Shown one piece after another: positions 1 through 9,680 of a stretch of 64,000 nt of DNA (position 1 is its first letter; each line of letters begins with the position of its first letter). The DNA is taken from the NCBI GenBank assembly GCA_049614265.1, contig JBMZDK010000001.1, forward strand, positions 1,400 through 65,399, read 5' to 3'. Source of the DNA: Thiolinea sp. GTDB lineage: Bacteria > Pseudomonadota > Gammaproteobacteria > Thiotrichales > Thiotrichaceae. The notes under the pieces are model-generated. The model worked only from the letters and a program-made list of their open reading frames with translations. It was not told the DNA's origin and made no database searches. Made by a program: the position numbers and the translations under genes.

Positions 1-124
1 CAGTCAATCCTGCAATAGCATCAGCTTTCAATACATCCGGATTTTTCAGTTCACCAATCCAGAAACGAAATGGCAAAAAACGCCCTTTCCAGTCCAGCAA
101 TACTGCTGCCAGCCAGTTTTTCAT
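1..124 (-). CDS. SulP-family anion transporter, N-terminal fragment (runs off the left edge; not in the ORF track)
   Basis: Manual translation from ATG at 124: MKNWLAAVLLDWKGRFLPFRFWIGELKNPDVLKADAIAGLT. The 'LKADxxAGLT' SulP N-terminal motif matches the SulP at 23507-25300 (LKADVMAGLT). A purine-rich RBS (GGAAAGGGGG) lies upstream. Confidence 0.8.
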   Translation of the reverse strand, partial: MKNWLAAVLLDWKGRFLPFRFWIGELKNPDVLKADAIAGLT

Positions 125-224
125 TGGCTGCCTGCCCCCTTTCCATCCTCTCAAATTCTCCGGGCAATCAATGCAACCGGATAACGCGACAATTCATAGA
201 GTATGTTGCCATCTGAGAGACAAC

Positions 225-293
225 ACACTTCTATCAATCAATTGCCTGCGCAGCCTACTCAACTGTTACTGACTTAGCAAGATTTCGTGGTTT
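225..293 (-). other. attTn7-type target region (3' end of glmS plus downstream insertion point), apparently unoccupied
   Basis: The conserved glmS C-terminal codons ([11 protein letters not shown]) are the established TnsD recognition site. No Tn7 genes follow; a SulP gene starts 130 bp downstream. Confidence 0.6.
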
Positions 294-2090
294 ATCCACA
301 TCGGTTCCTTTGAGTACCGCCACATGATAAGACAGCAGTTGCAAAGGCACGCTATATACAATCGGGGCCAATAATTCCGGCACCGTCGGCAGTTCTATGA
401 CATGTACATTATCAGATGCTTCCATGTTTGCAGCCTTATCTGCAAATACATACAGCTCCCCACCCCGCGCACGTACCACTTCCAGATTAGACTTAAGTTT
501 TTCCAGTAATACTGTATTGGGGGCAACAGCAACAATCGGCATCTCGCTATCCACCAAAGCCAATGGCCCGTGCTTCAACTCCCCGGCCGGATATGCCTCA
601 GCATGAATATAGGAAATTTCCTTAAGTTTCAACGCTCCCTCAAGCGCGACCGGATACTGCTCACCACGCCCAAGATACAGAGCATGGTTTTTTTCCAGAA
701 AACGTTCAGCCAATGATTCAATCTGAGGGTTTAACTCTAATGCCTGTTCAATTAAAGTTGGCAGCTTTAATAAGTCCGCAGCCAGCTTTTGTGCCAGCAC
801 AGGTTCGTCATTCTGTACCTGCATCAATAAACCAGTCAGCATCTGCAAAGCAGCCAGCTGCGTGGTGAATGCCTTTGTCGAGGCTACACCAATCTCCGGC
901 CCGGCATGTGTCAGGAGTGAAAGGTCAGATTCCCGTACCAGTGAACTCTCAGCAACATTACAAATCGTCAGAGCAGCAAGACACCCCTTACTCCCTTTCA
1001 CTTTTTCCAATGCCGCCAGCGTATCTGCTGTTTCACCGGACTGTGAAATGGTCACCACCAGCATATTGCGACCCGCTGGCTGTCGCCGGTAACGGTATTC
1101 ACTCGCCACTTCAATCCGGCAGGGAATTCCGGTCAGCGATTCAATCCAGTGTTTGCCGACCAGACCGGCATGATAACTGGTGCCGCAGGCAATAAACTGA
1201 ACTTCTTCCACCTGTTCAAGCAGGGCTTTAGCATCTGCACCATTAACGCAATGTAAGACCTGGTCAGCTGATAAACGCCCTTCGAGAGTATTATTAATCG
1301 CCACTGGCTGCTCAAAAATCTCTTTCAGCATAAAATGGCGGTATTCACCCAGGTCGGTGCTGCTGTCACGGGCAACAGACTCCTGCACCGGCCGTTCCAC
1401 CTGCTGGCCATCAGCATCAAATATTTCTAATTGATGTGTCTTCACAACCGCGACATCACCGTTTTCCAGATACATAAAACGATTTGTGACCGGCAACAGA
1501 GCCTGCACATCGGAGGCAATGAAATGCTCACCTAGTCCAACGCCTAAAACCAGCGGACTGCCCTGACGAGCCACCACCATCGTATTAGGCTCATCCGGGG
1601 AAACAACGGCTAAAGCGTAGGCACCCTCCAGTTCGCCACGGGCAGCCATAACTGCTTTCAGCAGAGTCCCTTCACGCTTAAGAAAGTAATCAATCAGGTG
1701 CGCCACCACCTCTGTATCTGTCTCAGACTCCAGCTGATAGCCCATTTCAGCGACACGGGCGCGCACCGCATCATGGTTCTCAATCACACCGTTATGTACA
1801 ATGCCAACCCACTCTCCACTAAAATGCGGATGGGCGTTTTTCTCTGCCGGCTTACCATGCGTTGCCCAGCGGGTATGCGCTATACCGGTTTTACCTTCCA
1901 CCGGTTCCAGTGTCAGCTTGCTGGCCAGTTCAGCCACCTTGCCCAAAGCTCTGACCCGGCGTAAACGATTGCCGGGTTCAATGACAGCCACTCCGGCTGA
2001 GTCATAGCCCCGGTATTCAAGCCGCCGCAAGCCTTCAAGCAATATTTCAGTTACCGGGCGTTGTGCAACAGCACCTACAATTCCACACAT
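255..2090 (-). CDS. glmS: Glutamine--fructose-6-phosphate aminotransferase (isomerizing)
   Basis: N-terminal MCGIVG (Ntn Cys), [32 protein letters not shown]-terminal [11 protein letters not shown]. Confidence 0.99.
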   Translation of the reverse strand: MCGIVGAVAQRPVTEILLEGLRRLEYRGYDSAGVAVIEPGNRLRRVRALGKVAELASKLTLEPVEGKTGIAHTRWATHGKPAEKNAHPHFSGEWVGIVHNGVIENHDAVRARVAEMGYQLESETDTEVVAHLIDYFLKREGTLLKAVMAARGELEGAYALAVVSPDEPNTMVVARQGSPLVLGVGLGEHFIASDVQALLPVTNRFMYLENGDVAVVKTHQLEIFDADGQQVERPVQESVARDSSTDLGEYRHFMLKEIFEQPVAINNTLEGRLSADQVLHCVNGADAKALLEQVEEVQFIACGTSYHAGLVGKHWIESLTGIPCRIEVASEYRYRRQPAGRNMLVVTISQSGETADTLAALEKVKGSKGCLAALTICNVAESSLVRESDLSLLTHAGPEIGVASTKAFTTQLAALQMLTGLLMQVQNDEPVLAQKLAADLLKLPTLIEQALELNPQIESLAERFLEKNHALYLGRGEQYPVALEGALKLKEISYIHAEAYPAGELKHGPLALVDSEMPIVAVAPNTVLLEKLKSNLEVVRARGGELYVFADKAANMEASDNVHVIELPTVPELLAPIVYSVPLQLLSYHVAVLKGTDVDKPRNLAKSVTVE

Positions 2091-3457
2091 TATTTTTTCT
2101 CCTTCACCGGTCGTTGCCAGTCCTGAATTGCTACCTGTTTGGCCCGGGTTAATGCCAGAGAGCCTGCGGCTACCTGTTTGGTAATCGTTGAACCGGCACC
2201 AATAGTCGCTCCCGCCTCAATACTCACCGGCGCAACCAGCTGACTACCCGAACCAACAAATACCCCGTCAGCAATCATCGTTATATGTTTATTAGCGCCA
2301 TCGTAATTACAGGTAATCGTTCCGGCACCAATGTTGACATCATCCCCCATATTGGTGTCACCAACATAACTTAAATGATTAACTTTACTGCCCCTGCCAA
2401 TCTTTGCTTTTTTAGTCTCAACAAAATTACCAATTTTTGCACCCTCAGCGAGTTCAGTTCCTGGCCTGATACGGGCAAAAGGCCCAATATCACAATTAGC
2501 AGCAACACTAGCCTGTTCCAGGTGTGAATTCGCTTTGATATGACAGCCATCACCCAAAACAACATTTTTCAACACGCAGTTAGGCTCGATTACCACATCG
2601 TTACCAAGCGTTACTTCACCCTCTAACAATACGTTAATATCAATAAAAACATCCGAACCAACACTCACTGAACCACGAATATCCAGCCGTGCCGGATCAG
2701 CCACACTGGCTCCAGACAACATGATATCTTCTACCTGCCGCCGTTGAGCCTCACGCTCCAGTCTCGCCAGCTGCACCCGGTTATTGGCCCCTTCAACTTC
2801 GAGTGGATCATCACAAAGCACGGTATTCACCCGTAGTCCCTCAGCAACTGCCAACCCCACGCAATCCGTAAGATAATATTCCCCCTGGCTATTTTTCGGC
2901 GTTAACTGTCGCAACCAGCGTTTTAAATCTGCTCCCCGGGCAGCAATAAAGCCAGAATTTACTTCTGTAATCTGCCGGATTTCATCATCTGCATCTTTCT
3001 CTTCAGTAATTGCGGTGACATTACCCTGTGCATCACGCACTATCCGTCCATAACCTTTGGGTTGTTCCAGACAGGTCGACAAAACACACAAATCACTGTT
3101 TTCTAATCCTGCTGTTAATGCCTGTAAAGTCTGAGCACGAATCAAAGGCACATCGCCGTAAGCAACCAGCACCGCATCTTCATCTGCAGCCAGATCAATA
3201 GCCTGTGCCACTGCATGTCCGGTGCCCTTTTGTTCAGCCTGTAATGCCCAACTAATTTGCGGATGCCTTATTTTCTGCTGTACCAATTCACCACCATGGC
3301 CATACACAACCGCTAATTGTTTGGTATCCAGCTCAAAACAGGCGTCAACCACGTGCTGTAACATGGGTTTACCGGCAATAGCGTGAAGAACTTTGGGAAG
3401 AGAAGAATGCATACGGGTGCCTTGCCCGGCAGCAAGGACAATAGGAAATATTTTCAT
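2090..3457 (-). CDS. glmU: Bifunctional UDP-GlcNAc pyrophosphorylase / glucosamine-1-P N-acetyltransferase
   Basis: [28 protein letters not shown], hexapeptide repeats, [10 protein letters not shown]. The start is refined to ATG 3457 (455 aa). The TAA stop overlaps the glmS ATG (TAATG). Confidence 0.98.
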   Translation of the reverse strand: MKIFPIVLAAGQGTRMHSSLPKVLHAIAGKPMLQHVVDACFELDTKQLAVVYGHGGELVQQKIRHPQISWALQAEQKGTGHAVAQAIDLAADEDAVLVAYGDVPLIRAQTLQALTAGLENSDLCVLSTCLEQPKGYGRIVRDAQGNVTAITEEKDADDEIRQITEVNSGFIAARGADLKRWLRQLTPKNSQGEYYLTDCVGLAVAEGLRVNTVLCDDPLEVEGANNRVQLARLEREAQRRQVEDIMLSGASVADPARLDIRGSVSVGSDVFIDINVLLEGEVTLGNDVVIEPNCVLKNVVLGDGCHIKANSHLEQASVAANCDIGPFARIRPGTELAEGAKIGNFVETKKAKIGRGSKVNHLSYVGDTNMGDDVNIGAGTITCNYDGANKHITMIADGVFVGSGSQLVAPVSIEAGATIGAGSTITKQVAAGSLALTRAKQVAIQDWQRPVKEKK

Positions 3458-3521
3458 GTATTGGATCTTGTACGAAAACCAGAACTGAACACAATGATAG
3501 CACGCCACAGTTTGGTTAGAT

Positions 3522-3546
3522 GCCCCTTCCCGGGAAAAGAAGGGGC
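3522..3546. terminator. Hairpin GCCCCTTC-N9-GAAGGGGC downstream of the outer-membrane protein gene
   Basis: Perfect 8-bp GC-rich stem 20 bp after the stop at 3567; there is no clear U-tract. Confidence 0.45.
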
Positions 3547-3566
3547 TAAAGCGTTATTTCTGCAGA

Positions 3567-4742
3567 TTAACGTAAACGGTAGCGCACACCCATTAACAGT
3601 GCACGGTCAGTACCATCCGGATTATTCATATCACTGCTACCGCTGACATTGGAAATTCGTGCCGTAGTCGTAAAGTCCAGAGAATTGCTGATTTCATAGA
3701 TAAATGAAGAACGTATTGAATTCGTTGTTACATCATCACCGCTCGCTGTATTTTTAGCGTAATTCAGATTCCAGGTATTTTCCCAATCAATACGGTCATC
3801 CACTTCGTGGGTCAATGACAACTGATTATTAAAATTATACCCATTATCACCATCATTCACGATTGCATTAAAGGTTGCTTCATTAGACAACTGGGTCTGG
3901 TTACTCAGCGGCTGATGATATTCTGCACCAGCAGTCAACAGGGGCTTATCCGTCAAACCGTCAAAATTAGTTCCCACATACCCCAGGCCGGCACGCACTT
4001 TCCAGCCATAACGACGCAATGAGATGTTCTCATCAACCAACACATCACGAATTTTCAGAACCCCGGCGGCTCCCAAATTTGCAACACCACCGCCGCTTTT
4101 AATGGCCGTCTCAATATCTCCCAGCCACTTCAGCTCATAATCACTACCGTGTCGACTGGCATACTCTGATTCTTTAGCAACGATCCCGGCCACTTGCTGA
4201 TAAACCGATTTAGCGGGCTTAGCATTCAAAATACCACGATGAACCAGCTCATCCATTACACGAATCGTTTTTGCCATTGGCGTTACATTCGTAACCCGGC
4301 CATAACCAACACCAGCACTGGCAGTGGTTTCTAAATCATCAAAGGCATCATTAGCCCGCAAAGAGGCGCTGCCAAACCAGAACGCGCCATTGCTGCCCGG
4401 TACAAAATACTTATCATACGTTGCGCTCAGGCCTGCGGTATAGCTGCTCTCGCTATCAGCACCTGAGGTACCGGCACGGCTCACGCTGCCATTCAGATCA
4501 CCTCTTACATTGAGATCCCGGTCTGCTGAACTTAAGGTGCGGTCAAAATCAACACCCAGATTCAGATTATAAGCAGCCTGATCATCCCCCCGGTTTTTAG
4601 TGACATTTAAATCACCGGATACATAAGCATCTTCATACGCGCTGCTGGCTTCCTGATAATCGTATAATGTTACTTCAGCCTGAACCAGAGATGGCCCCAA
4701 TAATGCACCGCAAACCACAGTTGCTAAGTAATTTTTTTTCAT
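3567..4742 (-). CDS. Putative outer-membrane beta-barrel protein (DUF481-like C-terminal half)
   Basis: Sec signal peptide (MKKNYLATVVCGALLGPSLVQA), alternating amphipathic beta-strands, C-terminal strand GVRYRLR. Confidence 0.7.
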   Translation of the reverse strand: MKKNYLATVVCGALLGPSLVQAEVTLYDYQEASSAYEDAYVSGDLNVTKNRGDDQAAYNLNLGVDFDRTLSSADRDLNVRGDLNGSVSRAGTSGADSESSYTAGLSATYDKYFVPGSNGAFWFGSASLRANDAFDDLETTASAGVGYGRVTNVTPMAKTIRVMDELVHRGILNAKPAKSVYQQVAGIVAKESEYASRHGSDYELKWLGDIETAIKSGGGVANLGAAGVLKIRDVLVDENISLRRYGWKVRAGLGYVGTNFDGLTDKPLLTAGAEYHQPLSNQTQLSNEATFNAIVNDGDNGYNFNNQLSLTHEVDDRIDWENTWNLNYAKNTASGDDVTTNSIRSSFIYEISNSLDFTTTARISNVSGSSDMNNPDGTDRALLMGVRYRLR

Positions 4743-4997
4743 TAGGTGTAACTCCTGAGTTAATAATTTAATTGATATAAAGAACGAAAAGCCGAATCAC
4801 ACAGCACAATGTATGCTTATTCATCCTGTGGCTTAGTCGCTGGCACAGCCATAATGGTTATAGATTTTTTACCAGACATGCCCTGATTGCTTAAATTATG
4901 TAAAACATAATGTCTGATGCAAATATGCAACAGTGAACCTCAATGAAATCTGAACAAAACACTTCACACCCTTTTAGCAACAAGGCTCCACCGGCCT

Positions 4998-5045
4998 TTT
5001 GTCGGAAAAATAATCAGGTGAAAATACCGTTGTTTTTCCGACAAA
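4998..5045. promoter_or_regulatory. 13-bp perfect inverted repeat TTTGTCGGAAAAA-N22-TTTTTCCGACAAA
   Basis: Read directly in the 570-bp divergent intergenic region. The function is unknown. Confidence 0.5.
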
Positions 5046-5312
5046 TTTAATCAAACCACTTCAGATGAACAAAATAACGCCATGATAAATCAATCAATTC
5101 TCTTACAGTGAAAGCTCCGGTTGCGGAAACCTGAAAAGCAGCCAAATACACAAAGATTATCTGAGTGCCTGTAGCAATCATTAATTAGCGTAAAATGCTC
5201 AACAGTGAGATAAAAGCTCTCAGGAACCAAAAGCCCTTTGCCTTACGGCGCAAAAACTCCTGCCAACTTTTATGCACGACTTATCCGGAATGATTAAAGG
5301 AAAAACCTGTTA

Positions 5313-6587
5313 GTGAACATTGATGCAACACTGGAATGGTTCAGAATCTATACCGTCTATGTCACAGATTGGTTGTTTACAACAGATCGGGTGATTCAAT
5401 ACGCCATTGTGGTATTTAGTTTTATTTTCGCTGCCTACCTTAGCCGTTATGTCAGAGCAACGATCCCTGCTCCGGAAAGCGTGCTCGGGCGCCACTATAT
5501 CAAACGTTTTTTTCATCGCCTGTCCCGACGCACTGCTTTTCCTGTTGGTTTGCTCATTTTGCTGGGCGCAGGAATGCTCTGGCATGAATATTATCAGGCG
5601 AATCATAATATTCTGACCCGAACCAGCTATCTCGCTGTTGCCTGGCTACTTATCAGGATGGGCTCAACTTTTATCAGCAATCCAACAATTAGCCGAACCG
5701 TTTCTACGATTATATGGACCGTAGCCGCACTGAGTTTACTGGATTATCTCCCCCTGACGATAAGCTGGCTGGATAACATTAAACTCGATTCTGCCCCCGG
5801 AGGTCTGACGGTATACGATATTATTGTTTCCAGCCTCTCAGTTGCTGCTTTTGTCTGGGCCGCGCTTTCATTATCTGAAATCATTGATCGCTCACTTAAA
5901 AATAAATTAGGTCTGAGCCTTTCAGCCCAGGCATTACTTAGTAAAATTTTCCGCTTTAGCTTATTAGCTATCGCCTTTCTGATCGGTTTATATGCTGTCG
6001 GCATCGATTTAACCGCCTTTGCTGTTTTTGGTGGAGCAATGGCTGTTGGTATTGGTCTGGGTTTACAAAAAGTCTTCTCCAACCTCATTGCCGGGATTAT
6101 TTTGCTCTCTGACAATTCGATCAAGCCGGGTGACACCATTGTTTCGGAAGGACGTTATGGCAAGGTAAACAAACTCAGTGCCCGTTATATTTCTATTGTT
6201 ACCCGCGATGGCACCGAACACCTGATCCCCAACGATGTACTTATTAATCACCGCGTAGAGAACTGGTCACACTCGGATGAAAATGTACGTTTGAAATGCC
6301 CGATAGGAGTCCACTATGATTCCGATGTTCATGCTGCTATCGCTTTATGTATAGAGGCTGCCAGTGTTACACAGCGGGTACTGAAATATCCCAAACCAGT
6401 TTGCCTGCTTAAAGACTTTGGTGACAGCGCTGTTAATCTGGAGTTACGGTTCTGGATACGCGATCCCATGAATGGCTGCTCAAATGTCAAAAGCCAGGTA
6501 CTACTCGAAGTCTGGGACAAATTCCATGAAAACGGCATAAAAATACCGTATCCTCAGCGTGATTTACATATCCACCCTGTAGCATAA
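5313..6587 (+). CDS. MscS-family small-conductance mechanosensitive channel with extended N-terminal TM region
   Basis: GIDLTAFAVFGGAMAVGIGLGLQKVFSNLIAG (TM3), IKPGDTI, LIPND, YPQRDLHI. GTG start. Confidence 0.93.
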   Translation: MNIDATLEWFRIYTVYVTDWLFTTDRVIQYAIVVFSFIFAAYLSRYVRATIPAPESVLGRHYIKRFFHRLSRRTAFPVGLLILLGAGMLWHEYYQANHNILTRTSYLAVAWLLIRMGSTFISNPTISRTVSTIIWTVAALSLLDYLPLTISWLDNIKLDSAPGGLTVYDIIVSSLSVAAFVWAALSLSEIIDRSLKNKLGLSLSAQALLSKIFRFSLLAIAFLIGLYAVGIDLTAFAVFGGAMAVGIGLGLQKVFSNLIAGIILLSDNSIKPGDTIVSEGRYGKVNKLSARYISIVTRDGTEHLIPNDVLINHRVENWSHSDENVRLKCPIGVHYDSDVHAAIALCIEAASVTQRVLKYPKPVCLLKDFGDSAVNLELRFWIRDPMNGCSNVKSQVLLEVWDKFHENGIKIPYPQRDLHIHPVA

Positions 6588-6602
6588 TACTGAGAGGCAT
6601 AT

Positions 6603-7040
6603 ATGGATCCATTAATGACAGGATGGCGTGAGTGGATTACGTTCCCGGAACTGGGCTTACCCAAAATTAAGGCTAAAATTGATACAGGCGCCCGTACATC
6701 TGCCTTACATGCCTTCAACATACAACGCTATAGTCATGACAGTGAAGACTGGGTTAGCTTTGACACGCAACCAGTACAGTATGCCCGGGGGCCAACGTTA
6801 TCTTGTCAGGCGCCCCTGAAAGATATCCGCATTATTACTGATTCCGGTGGCCACAAAGAACAACGCTATGTCATTGAGACATTATTGAAAATGGGCAATC
6901 AGGAATGGCCAATCGAACTGACTCTGACTGACCGTAATAAAATGAAATTTCGCATGCTGCTGGGACGGCATGCAATGCGTGGCAGAATGCTGGTTGATCC
7001 CGGTAAATCTTTCCTGACATCACGCCGTAAAAAGCTATAA
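6603..7040 (+). CDS. RimK-associated retropepsin-like aspartyl protease (annotated family 'ATP-dependent zinc protease')
   Basis: GWREW, AKIDTGARTSALHA (DTG catalytic motif), ELTLTDR..MKFRMLLGR. Confidence 0.9.
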   Translation: MDPLMTGWREWITFPELGLPKIKAKIDTGARTSALHAFNIQRYSHDSEDWVSFDTQPVQYARGPTLSCQAPLKDIRIITDSGGHKEQRYVIETLLKMGNQEWPIELTLTDRNKMKFRMLLGRHAMRGRMLVDPGKSFLTSRRKKL

Positions 7041-7195
7041 TTACGAAGTACGTGCGCAATAGTCTTCAGGAATTTTATGCCCTTTGTTCCACGGGCTGGC
7101 AACATTAAACATCCGGGAACTTTTCCCACACTGCTTATCATCAAATGTGCAGCTTAATCTGCACGAACAACAACAGTAACAGACAAGAGACCACC

Positions 7196-8101
7196 ATGAA
7201 AATCGCCATTCTGTCACGGAACCGCAAGCTTTATTCAACCCGTCGCCTGATTGAAGCTGCTGAAGAACGTGGCCATACCGTTAAGGTGATCGATATTCTG
7301 CGTTGTTACATGAATATTGCTTCCCACAACCCAATGGTTTATTACCGTGGCGAACCTCTTCAGGGATTTGATGCGGTTATTCCCCGCATTGGTGCTTCGG
7401 TGACATTTTATGGTGCTGCGGTCTTACGGCAGTTTGAGATGATGGGTGTTTACCCCTTAAATGAGTCCGTTGCTCTGACCCGCTCCCGCGATAAATTACG
7501 CTCACTCCAGTTATTATCACGTCGTGGTATTGGTTTACCGGTCACCGGCTTTGCCAATAAACCGGATGATGTTAAAGAAGTCATTAAACTGGTCGGCGGC
7601 GCCCCGGTTGTCGTCAAGCTGCTGGAAGGAACACAGGGTATTGGTGTTGTCCTGGCAGAAACACAAAAAGCTGCCGAAAGTGTTATCGAAGGCTTTATGG
7701 GATTAAAAGCTGACATCCTGGTACAGGAATTTATTAAGGAAGCGGGTGGCTCTGATATTCGCTGCCTGGTTGTTGGTGGCAAAGTGGTCGCAGCGATGAA
7801 ACGTCAGGGAGCACCGGGCGAATTCCGGTCTAACCTGCATCGGGGCGGCTCAGCACACCTGATACGCATCACGCCTGAAGAGCGCTCAACGGCTGTACGC
7901 GCTGCTAAAATTATGGGCTTGAACCTGGCAGGTGTTGATTTGCTACGTTCGAATCATGGCCCTGTTGTTATGGAAGTGAACTCCTCGCCCGGTCTGGAAG
8001 GGATTGAGCGGGCCAGTAATAAAGATGTCGCAGGCATGATCATCAAATTTATTGAAGACAAAGCTAAACCGGGTAAAACAGCAACGATTGGCAAAGGTTG
8101 A
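7196..8101 (+). CDS. rimK: RimK ATP-grasp alpha-L-glutamate ligase
   Basis: [62 protein letters not shown]. Start refined to ATG 7196 (301 aa). Confidence 0.96.
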   Translation: MKIAILSRNRKLYSTRRLIEAAEERGHTVKVIDILRCYMNIASHNPMVYYRGEPLQGFDAVIPRIGASVTFYGAAVLRQFEMMGVYPLNESVALTRSRDKLRSLQLLSRRGIGLPVTGFANKPDDVKEVIKLVGGAPVVVKLLEGTQGIGVVLAETQKAAESVIEGFMGLKADILVQEFIKEAGGSDIRCLVVGGKVVAAMKRQGAPGEFRSNLHRGGSAHLIRITPEERSTAVRAAKIMGLNLAGVDLLRSNHGPVVMEVNSSPGLEGIERASNKDVAGMIIKFIEDKAKPGKTATIGKG

Positions 8102-8228
8102 CCAAATAACACACCAAATGCTTCCTTCCACTAACACACCGTCTTGCTGCGTATAATAATCAGCACAAACTTTTTCCTTCAAATATGGTAAAAGAGTGGC
8201 GAAAGTGTCAAACAGGGGAAAACGGGTA

Positions 8229-9263
8229 ATGAAACAGGGCGCAATAACCATTGGTGGAACCACCATCCTACCGGGCGAACGCAAATATATCGATCTGCCA
8301 CTGCCACATCTTTATACTCATGCTCATATGGCAATGCCGGTTCATGTGATTCATGGCAAAAAACCGGGGCCAGCCATTTTTGTCTGTGCAGCCTTGCATG
8401 GTGATGAAATTAATGGCGTGGAAATTATCCGCCGCCTGTTACATACCAAATCACTGAATAATTTACGCGGTACACTCATTGCGGTACCTGTCGTTAATGT
8501 CTTTGCTTTTGTTACCAAATCCCGTTATTTACCTGATCGCCGTGACCTTAATCGTTCCTTCCCGGGTTTCGAACGTGGCTCACTCGCCGGGCGCATTGCC
8601 CATTTGTTTATGGAAGAAATCGTTTCACGCTGCGATTATGGTATTGACCTGCACACGGCAGCCTCCGGACGCACTAACCTTCCACAAATCCGCGCTGACC
8701 TCAGTAATAATCCTGACCTTAAAGACATTGCCTGTGCCTTTAACAGCCCGGTAGTAGTGAACTCATCATTGCGGGATGGCTCACTACGTGCGGAAGCAGG
8801 TGAGCAGGGAACCGCTATTATGCTCTATGAGGCCGGGGAAGCCCTACGATTTGATGAAATCCCCATCCGGGCTGGCGTTCGCGGCGTGATTTCAGTACTC
8901 CGCCATCTCAGTATGCTTCCCCCCGGCAAACAACGTAAAGCACCTTATCAGTCTGTTATCAGCAATAGCAGTAAATGGGTTCGGGCCCCCCAAAGCGGCA
9001 TCCTGCGCACCGTGCAGTCTATGGGCAAAAAGATTAATGAAGACGATATTCTCGGCTATGTCGCCGACCCGTTTGGCACAACAGAAGAAGTCATTCGCTC
9101 CCCCTCTTCAGGCATTATGATCGGACGCTCCACGCTTCCCCTGGTGCATGAAGGTGAAGCACTGTTCCATATTGCAGAGATAGACGACAACACAGATATC
9201 GACAACACACTCCGCCAGTTCCACCATGAGATGGACCCAGATATGGAAAACCCTTTCCGATAA
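8229..9263 (+). CDS. Succinylglutamate desuccinylase / aspartoacylase-family (M14) Zn hydrolase with C-terminal lipoyl-like domain
   Basis: ALHGDEING (HxxE), RDLNRSFPG, IDLHT, LYEAGE. Start is ATG 8229 or GTG 8196. Confidence 0.92.
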   Translation: MKQGAITIGGTTILPGERKYIDLPLPHLYTHAHMAMPVHVIHGKKPGPAIFVCAALHGDEINGVEIIRRLLHTKSLNNLRGTLIAVPVVNVFAFVTKSRYLPDRRDLNRSFPGFERGSLAGRIAHLFMEEIVSRCDYGIDLHTAASGRTNLPQIRADLSNNPDLKDIACAFNSPVVVNSSLRDGSLRAEAGEQGTAIMLYEAGEALRFDEIPIRAGVRGVISVLRHLSMLPPGKQRKAPYQSVISNSSKWVRAPQSGILRTVQSMGKKINEDDILGYVADPFGTTEEVIRSPSSGIMIGRSTLPLVHEGEALFHIAEIDDNTDIDNTLRQFHHEMDPDMENPFR

Positions 9264-9373
9264 AAACCGGTTCAACCGTTTACAGAAAAAACCCTACCAC
9301 TGGAGAAAATCAACAGACTATATTGTGTGCGAACTAACCATAATCATGGAGTCAGGACATGAGGGAAAACACC

Positions 9374-9607
9374 ATGATTTCATCAGGCAACGGTCTGGAA
9401 AACAACCGTTTTGCGGAACACTACGGCAGCACATTCAACGCACTCAGCAATCCATGGAGCAACAGTAATACCAACCCGTTTATTGATCACCCAACACAAT
9501 ACGGAGACTTCAGCGACGGGCATCCGTCAAAAGTTTTGCTGGTATTGAGCCTGATTCAGGCACTGGTTGCTACCATTGGTAGCGAACGCGTGAACAATGA
9601 GCAATAA
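9374..9607 (+). CDS. Small hypothetical protein (77 aa from ATG 9374)
   Basis: RBS-like GAGGGAAAAC before the ATG. It fills an otherwise empty gap and is followed by a hairpin (about 9635-9665). No recognisable domain. Confidence 0.5.
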   Translation: MISSGNGLENNRFAEHYGSTFNALSNPWSNSNTNPFIDHPTQYGDFSDGHPSKVLLVLSLIQALVATIGSERVNNEQ

Positions 9608-9680
9608 ATAAAAACTTACTCACCGCTTATGGCGCTCCGGCTCAGTCAAAACAGCTGAACCGGAGAACAAAAATTCAGTA

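Noticed and set aside
210-227. TGTGTTGTCTCTCAGATG on the - strand, starting 28 nt after the glmS stop, as a possible Tn7-like end
   Set aside because: Only the TGT trinucleotide matches. No repeated TnsB sites or transposition genes are present, and a host-type gene follows.
8107-8140. 9-bp direct repeat TAACACACC between rimK and the deacylase
   Set aside because: Only two short copies, with no supporting context.
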